Origin: an uncultured Gemmatimonadales bacterium
GTDB taxonomy: Bacteria > Gemmatimonadota > Gemmatimonadetes > Longimicrobiales > RSA9
Length of the DNA stretch: 64,000 nucleotides
Reading direction: 5' to 3'
Assembly: GCA_963708135.1 (NCBI GenBank)
Contig: OY970192.1
Span: 4,192,001 to 4,256,000, forward strand
How positions within the stretch are numbered: the stretch's first letter is position 1; each line of letters opens with the position of its first letter. The notes under the pieces are model-generated. The model saw only the letters and a list, made by a program, of their open reading frames with translations. It was not told the DNA's origin and did no database searches. A program made the position numbers and the translations under genes. Positions 58,719 to 64,000 of the stretch are shown in pieces.

Positions 58719-60023
58719 ATGGCACAGCGCGAGCAGAAGAGGCTTCGCGGGGATACGGACACCGTCGATCGGGCGGTCGAGATCCTCGAGGGGCGCGGCG
58801 AGCGGGGCTTTGTTGCGCGCACGCTGCCGTTCCTGGGGCCCGCCTTCGTGGCGAGCGTCGCCTACATCGACCCGGGCAACTTCGCCACCAACATCCAGGG
58901 CGGCGCCGAGTTCGGCTACATGCTGCTTTGGGTCGTGGTGGCGAGCAATCTCACGGCGATGCTCGTGCAGGCCCTCAGCGCGAAGCTCGGGATCGCCACG
59001 GGAAGGAACCTGGCCGAGCTCTGCCGCGACCGCTTTCCCCGCCCCGTCGTCTGGGGCATGTGGGCGGTCAGCGAGCTGGTGGCCATGGCCACGGACCTGG
59101 CCGAGTTCCTGGGCGCTGCGCTCGGCTTCTACCTGCTCTTTCACATCCCGCTGCTGCTCGCCGCGTTGCTCACCGGCCTGGTCACGCTCGTGATCCTGGC
59201 GCTCGAGCGGCATGGCTTCCGGCCGGTGGAGGCGGTGATCACCGGGTTCGTGGGGGTCATCGCCGTCGCCTACCTGATCGAGACCGTGCTCGACCGGCCG
59301 GATTGGGGAGCGCTCGCCGTGGGCGCGTTCGTGCCTCGCTTCGCCGGCAAGGAGAGCGTGCTCCTGGCGACGGGGATCCTGGGCGCCACGGTGATGCCGC
59401 ACGTGGTCTTCCTGCACTCCGCGCTCACGCAGCACCGCATCGTGCCGCGCAGCGACGAGCAGGCGCGCCGGCTGTTCCGCTTCGAGGTGATGGACGTGAT
59501 CATCGCGATGGGGCTGGCGGGGCTGGTGAACGCGGCCATGCTGATCATGGCCGCGGCCACCTTCCACTCGCACGGGCTCACCGGCATCGCCACCATCGAG
59601 GAGGCGCACCGCACGCTCGCGCCGCTGCTCGGCGCCGCCTCGAGCGTCGTCTTCGCCGTCTCGCTCCTGGCCTCGGGGCTCTCCTCCTCCACGGTCGGCA
59701 CCATGGCGGGGCAGGTGATCATGCAGGGCTTCCTGCACTACCAGATCCCCGTCTGGGTCCGGCGCCTGTTCACCATGGTGCCCGCGATCGTCGTGATCGC
59801 CACCGGGCTGGACCCCACGCGCACGCTCGTGCTCAGCCAGGTCGTGCTCAGCTTCGGGCTCCCGTTCGCGCTCGTCCCGCTCGTCCTGTTCACGGCGCGC
59901 CGCGACGTCATGGGCGCGCTCGCCAACCGCCGCGCCACGACCTGGATGGCCTGGGCCGTCACGGCGGTGATCGTGCTGCTCAACCTCTTCCTCCTGTACC
60001 AGATCGCGCTCTCCGGAGGATGA
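58719..60023 (+). CDS. mntH: Nramp family divalent metal transporter
   Basis: AYIDPGN, GATVMPH, GTMAGQ. Confidence 0.93.
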   Translation: MAQREQKRLRGDTDTVDRAVEILEGRGERGFVARTLPFLGPAFVASVAYIDPGNFATNIQGGAEFGYMLLWVVVASNLTAMLVQALSAKLGIATGRNLAELCRDRFPRPVVWGMWAVSELVAMATDLAEFLGAALGFYLLFHIPLLLAALLTGLVTLVILALERHGFRPVEAVITGFVGVIAVAYLIETVLDRPDWGALAVGAFVPRFAGKESVLLATGILGATVMPHVVFLHSALTQHRIVPRSDEQARRLFRFEVMDVIIAMGLAGLVNAAMLIMAAATFHSHGLTGIATIEEAHRTLAPLLGAASSVVFAVSLLASGLSSSTVGTMAGQVIMQGFLHYQIPVWVRRLFTMVPAIVVIATGLDPTRTLVLSQVVLSFGLPFALVPLVLFTARRDVMGALANRRATTWMAWAVTAVIVLLNLFLLYQIALSGG

Positions 60024-60025
60024 CC

Positions 60026-60946
60026 ATGTTCGCCCACCTGCTCGTCCCGCTCGACGGCTCTGCCACGGCCGAATCGGTGCTCCCCGCGGCCTCGCTCCTG
60101 GCCCGCCGCATGGACGCGCGCCTGACGCTGGTCCACGTGCTCGAGCCCGCGCCGCCGGCGCGCATCCACGGCGAGCGCCATCTCGGCCGCAAGGACGAGG
60201 CGGAGGCGTACCTGCGGGAGGTGGCGGCGTGGCTGGAGGCGCACGGGGCGAGCGCGCAGACGCGCGTGGAGCGTGGTGGAGGCGACGTCGCCCTGCAGAT
60301 CTTCCGGGGTGCGCGCGCGGTCGGTGCCGACCTGGTGGCGCTGTGCACCCATGGGGGCCGCGGCGTGCGCGGGTTCCTCTTCGGCCGCGTGGCGCAGCAG
60401 GTCCTCTCTCACGGCGACATCCCGGTGCTGCTCGTGCCGCCGCGCGGGGCGGGGCGGGAGGACCCCTTCGACGTGCGCCGGATCCTGCTCCCCCTCGACG
60501 GCAGCCCGACGGCGGAGACCGCGATCCCGGCCGCGACGTCGCTGGCCCGGCAGCTCGATGCCGCGCTGCTCCTGGACTGGATCGTCCCCACCGTGGGCAC
60601 GCTCATGGGCGAGCGCGGCGTGGCCAGCCGGCTCATGCCGACCGCGGCCGCGAAGCTGCTCGAGGATGAGGCCCGCCAGGCGGCGGCCTACCTCCAGCGC
60701 ACGGCGGCCCGGCTGCGCGAGGGGGGAGTCGAGGTGGGCGGCGTGGTGGAGCGGGGGGACGTCGGGCGCGTGCTCGGCGATGCCGCGAGCCGGCACCGCA
60801 CCGACATGACCGTCATGGCCACGCACGGCCGCTCCGGCGTCTCGGCCGTCTGGGCCGGCAGCGTGGCCTCCCGCGTGCTCGAGCGGAGCAGCCGGCCGGT
60901 GTTGCTCGTCCGCATTGCCCCCGTGCCCGCGGGCGCGCCGCGCTGA
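60026..60946 (+). CDS. Tandem-domain universal stress protein
   Basis: Two VPLDGS/LPLDGS...THG repeats; start 60020 or 60026. Confidence 0.88.
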   Translation: MFAHLLVPLDGSATAESVLPAASLLARRMDARLTLVHVLEPAPPARIHGERHLGRKDEAEAYLREVAAWLEAHGASAQTRVERGGGDVALQIFRGARAVGADLVALCTHGGRGVRGFLFGRVAQQVLSHGDIPVLLVPPRGAGREDPFDVRRILLPLDGSPTAETAIPAATSLARQLDAALLLDWIVPTVGTLMGERGVASRLMPTAAAKLLEDEARQAAAYLQRTAARLREGGVEVGGVVERGDVGRVLGDAASRHRTDMTVMATHGRSGVSAVWAGSVASRVLERSSRPVLLVRIAPVPAGAPR

Positions 60947-60985
60947 CGAGAGATCCCGCCGCGCGGCGCCCGGGCGCCGGCGCGG

Positions 60986-62311
60986 CTACGGCTCGACCGA
61001 GTACTTCCAGCCGGCCATCTGCGCCGTTATCGGGATCGATGCCTGGAACTCCGCGGCCGGCGGCTCCTCGGCGGGTGCCTTCCCGCTCGCCGCCGCCGGC
61101 CGGTCGGGCGCGTTCAGTGTCACCGTCACCACGTCCGAGCCGACCTCCTTGCCGTCGAGCCCCAGGAACGAGAAGCGGAGCTTCACGACGTCGCCGGCCT
61201 TGAGCGAATGGTTCTTGACCTTGCCGGCGACCTTGACCGTGTCCGCGCCCGGAGTGAGCGAGACGTCGGTCACCTCGAACGGCAGCGCCTGTGCCTTCGT
61301 GAGCACGGCCAGCGTCGAGTCCTGCAGCGCCTTCTTGGCCCCCGGGCTCGTGGCCGCCAGCGCCAGGCCACGATAGGCGCGCCCGACCATCAGGTACAGC
61401 TCGGTGTTGTTCGGGTCCATTGCCTGCACCTTGCGCGTGATGGCGATCAGGTCGCGGAAGAGCGGCTCGAGCTGCTTGTGGTACTGCGCCTGATCGGCCG
61501 GCTTGGCCGCCTTCCGCTGCTCATCGATCTTCTGCGCCTCCGAGTAGATCGACTGCGCCAGGTTGTAGGCGTAATCGCGCGAGTACGGGTTCACCTCGAG
61601 CGCCTTGCGGAACTCGGCCGCCGCTACCGTGAAGCTGTCGGCGTTGAACGCCGTGATGGCATCCTGCGCATCCATCTGCGCGAGGTTCATCTTCGCCACC
61701 GCCTCGTACTGCTTCCACTGCGCCTGGTCCTCCGGCTTCAGCTTGTCGCGCAGCGGGCCGTTCAGCCGCTCGATCGCGGTGCGGAACGCCGCACGCGCCT
61801 GCTCGGGCTTGTTGTTGTTGGCGTACAGCATGCCCAGGTTCAGCTCGGCCTCGGGACGCGCGTCGTAGATCGTCTCCGCCTTCTCCATGTAGTAGATGGC
61901 GGAGTCGGGCTTCTGCGCGTCCATCGCGCTCGCCCCCGCCTGGAACGCCTTCAGCCAGGCCTGCTCGCGCGACGGCGTGACCTCGTCCTTGTAGTCGGGG
62001 TACAGCTGGACCGCCTTGTCGAACGCGGAGTCCGCCGCCGCGTAGCGGTCCAGTCCCGCGTAGACCTGCCCCGCAAGCAGCCAGACCTTGGCGTTGTCCG
62101 GCTCCTTCTGCATGCCTTCCTGAAGCGACTGCAGCGCCTGGTTGTAGAGGTCCTGCTTCTCTTCCGGCTTCTGCTTCAGCTCGGCCAGCGTCAGGTACTT
62201 GGTGGCGTCCTTCGTCCACTTGTTGTCCTTCGGCTCCTGCGCCCGCAGCCCCGTCGGGACGAAGGCGAGGGCCAGGACGAGGACCCACCCGAATCTCTGC
62301 AACCGTGCCAT
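60986..62311 (-). CDS. Secreted TPR-repeat protein
   Basis: Signal peptide; repeats such as PDNAKVWLLAGQVY, ALEVNPYSRDYAYNLA. Confidence 0.8.
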   Translation of the reverse strand: MARLQRFGWVLVLALAFVPTGLRAQEPKDNKWTKDATKYLTLAELKQKPEEKQDLYNQALQSLQEGMQKEPDNAKVWLLAGQVYAGLDRYAAADSAFDKAVQLYPDYKDEVTPSREQAWLKAFQAGASAMDAQKPDSAIYYMEKAETIYDARPEAELNLGMLYANNNKPEQARAAFRTAIERLNGPLRDKLKPEDQAQWKQYEAVAKMNLAQMDAQDAITAFNADSFTVAAAEFRKALEVNPYSRDYAYNLAQSIYSEAQKIDEQRKAAKPADQAQYHKQLEPLFRDLIAITRKVQAMDPNNTELYLMVGRAYRGLALAATSPGAKKALQDSTLAVLTKAQALPFEVTDVSLTPGADTVKVAGKVKNHSLKAGDVVKLRFSFLGLDGKEVGSDVVTVTLNAPDRPAAASGKAPAEEPPAAEFQASIPITAQMAGWKYSVEP

Positions 62312-62497
62312 TGTGTCCCGCCTCCAGTATTGGGCTTACTCCGTGTGGCGCCGATACTTCCGAATGCGGCGCAACGACCGTTCGCATACCTGGCAGACCG
62401 CCCGAACGTTCCGCGCGCGCGAGGAGCGCCCGCAGCCACGGACTCAGTGCGGCGGCGCGACGCTCGACTGCTACGGCGGCTCTCTGAAAGGGGTTAC

Positions 62498-62526
62498 AGA
62501 ATAATCGGCCACGCCGCCTTTCACAA
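62498..62526 (-). promoter_or_regulatory. Sigma70-like promoter for the TPR gene
   Basis: TTGTGA-17bp-TATTCT. Confidence 0.5.
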
Positions 62527-62540
62527 GGCAAGCCGCGCCG

Positions 62541-63872
62541 CTACTGCTTCTCCGGCGGCACCATGAGCGCCGTGGCCGCGTGCAGCCCGGCTGCCACCTC
62601 GGGGACGATGCCGAGACGTACGAAGACCGGCCGGATCTCGACGCGGAGGGCGGGCAGCCGATGCGCGAACCAGAACGCACCCAGGATCGAGGCGACGCCG
62701 CCCGCCGCGATCGTCCAGGGCGCGCCGATCCTCGCGGCGGCCGCGCCCGCCAGGAGGCTGCCGAGCGGGACGGTGCCGGTGAACGCCATGGTGTAGAGGC
62801 TCATGACCCGTCCGCGCTTGTCCTCGTCCACGATGGTCTGGAGTATGGTGTTGCTCGCGGCCATCTGCACCATCATGCCGAAGCCGGTCACGAGCAGGAG
62901 CGGCAGCGAGAGCCAGAGCCGTGTGGAGAAGGAGAAGGCGACGAGTCCCGCGCCGAAGACCGCGGCGGCCATGACGATGACCCGGCCGAGCCCCACCACG
63001 GAGCTGCGCGCGGCCAGGTAGAGCGCGCCGATGAGGGCGCCCAGCCCGGTCGCCCCCATGAGCGCGCCGAGCGTGCTCGGCCCGCCGTGCAGCACCCGGG
63101 TGGCGATGACCGGCATGAGGACGGTGTACGGCACGCCCACGATGCTGACCAGTGCGAGCAGGGTCAGCACGGCGCGGATCGGGCCGAAGCCGAAGGCGTA
63201 GGTGAAACCCTCGCGCAGCCGGGCGACGACTCGCGGCCGCCGCTCCGGGCGGGCGGGCGGCGGCAGGCGCATGGCCAGCAGCGCTGCAATCACGGCCAGA
63301 TAGCTCAGGCCGTTCAGCAGGAAGCAGGCGCCCTCGCCGACGAGGGCGATGAGCATGCCGGCGAGCGCGGGTCCCACGAGCCGGGCGCCGTTGAACATGG
63401 AGGAGTTCAGCGCGATGGCGTTGGCGAGGTCCTGCTTCTTCTCGACCATCTGGACGAGGAAGGCCTGGCGGGTGGGCGTGTCGAAGCCGTTGACCACGCC
63501 GAGCAACATGCTGAGGACGAGGATCTCCGGGACCGTGATGCGGCCGGCGAGCACGAGGCCCGCCAGGAGCAGCGCCTGTACCATCGAGAGCGCCTGCGTC
63601 GCCACGATCGTGCGGTGCCGGTCCCAGTGGTCGGCGAGCACGCCGGCCACGGGCGAGACGATGAAGGCGGGGATCTGTCCGAAGAAGCCGACCAGGCCGA
63701 GCATGAAGGCGGAGCCGGTCAGGCGGTAGACCAGCCAGCTCAGCGCGACCTGCTGCAGCCAGGTGCCGACGAGCGAGATGCTCTGCCCGGCGAAGAAGAG
63801 GCGGAAGTTGCGCGAGCCGAGCGCGCGCACGGCGAGCCGCGGCGCGGGCGCCGCGGCCGGGCGGCGGCTCAT
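62541..63872 (-). CDS. MFS transporter
   Basis: RNFRLFFAGQ, GVLADHWDR, RGRVMS; multiple TM helices. Confidence 0.9.
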   Translation of the reverse strand: MSRRPAAAPAPRLAVRALGSRNFRLFFAGQSISLVGTWLQQVALSWLVYRLTGSAFMLGLVGFFGQIPAFIVSPVAGVLADHWDRHRTIVATQALSMVQALLLAGLVLAGRITVPEILVLSMLLGVVNGFDTPTRQAFLVQMVEKKQDLANAIALNSSMFNGARLVGPALAGMLIALVGEGACFLLNGLSYLAVIAALLAMRLPPPARPERRPRVVARLREGFTYAFGFGPIRAVLTLLALVSIVGVPYTVLMPVIATRVLHGGPSTLGALMGATGLGALIGALYLAARSSVVGLGRVIVMAAAVFGAGLVAFSFSTRLWLSLPLLLVTGFGMMVQMAASNTILQTIVDEDKRGRVMSLYTMAFTGTVPLGSLLAGAAAARIGAPWTIAAGGVASILGAFWFAHRLPALRVEIRPVFVRLGIVPEVAAGLHAATALMVPPEKQ

Positions 63873-64000
63873 CGCTCGGCCTCGCGTCGGCGGGCGCCGC
63901 CGTCCCCGCGCGGCGGCGCTCCCGGCGCGTTCCTCACCGCCGCGTCACGCGCTCAGCGGTCGGTGCTGGTGGACGGCGGCTTGCGCGGCATCATCTCGTC

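Noticed and set aside
63953..64000. Possible C-terminus of a minus-strand gene (DEMMPRKPPSTSTDR*)
   Set aside because: Too short to support a call

Overview
Very GC-rich bacterial window; the SusC/SusD pairs, barrel-less plug lipoproteins and DUF1800/DUF1501 pair suggest Gemmatimonadota (inference). The core (about 19.8-52.05 kb) is a PUL-like uptake and catabolism locus that encodes no glycosidases. It has two tail-to-tail SusC/SusD pairs, an APC permease and a GntR/FCD regulator. Its enzymes are five class C-type (DD-peptidase-like) serine hydrolases (one fused to a VanX-type dipeptidase), two class A-fold hydrolases with remodelled omega loops, an M19 dipeptidase, a D-aminoacylase, a CocE/NonD hydrolase, a nitrilase and a GNAT + N-acyl/succinyl-amino-acid racemase pair. 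All five transporter/enzyme transcription units, plus a D-aminoacylase at 7 kb, have sigma70-like promoters overlapped or flanked by a shared TGTATACA-like box, often in 12-bp-phased tandem. This suggests one regulon for scavenging D-amino-acid-containing peptides. The flanks carry two ECF sigma/anti-sigma modules (one before a TolC-MacAB-type exporter), nfo, an ABC exporter, an OCD/mu-crystallin gene, a BNR-repeat protein, mntH, a USP, a TPR protein and an MFS transporter. Non-coding oddities include a ~61-bp-period palindrome array, a MITE-like inverted-repeat element, hexamer tracts and a truncated gene. No rRNA, tRNA, transposase or cas genes were seen. Calls rest on motif recognition only; no searches were run.
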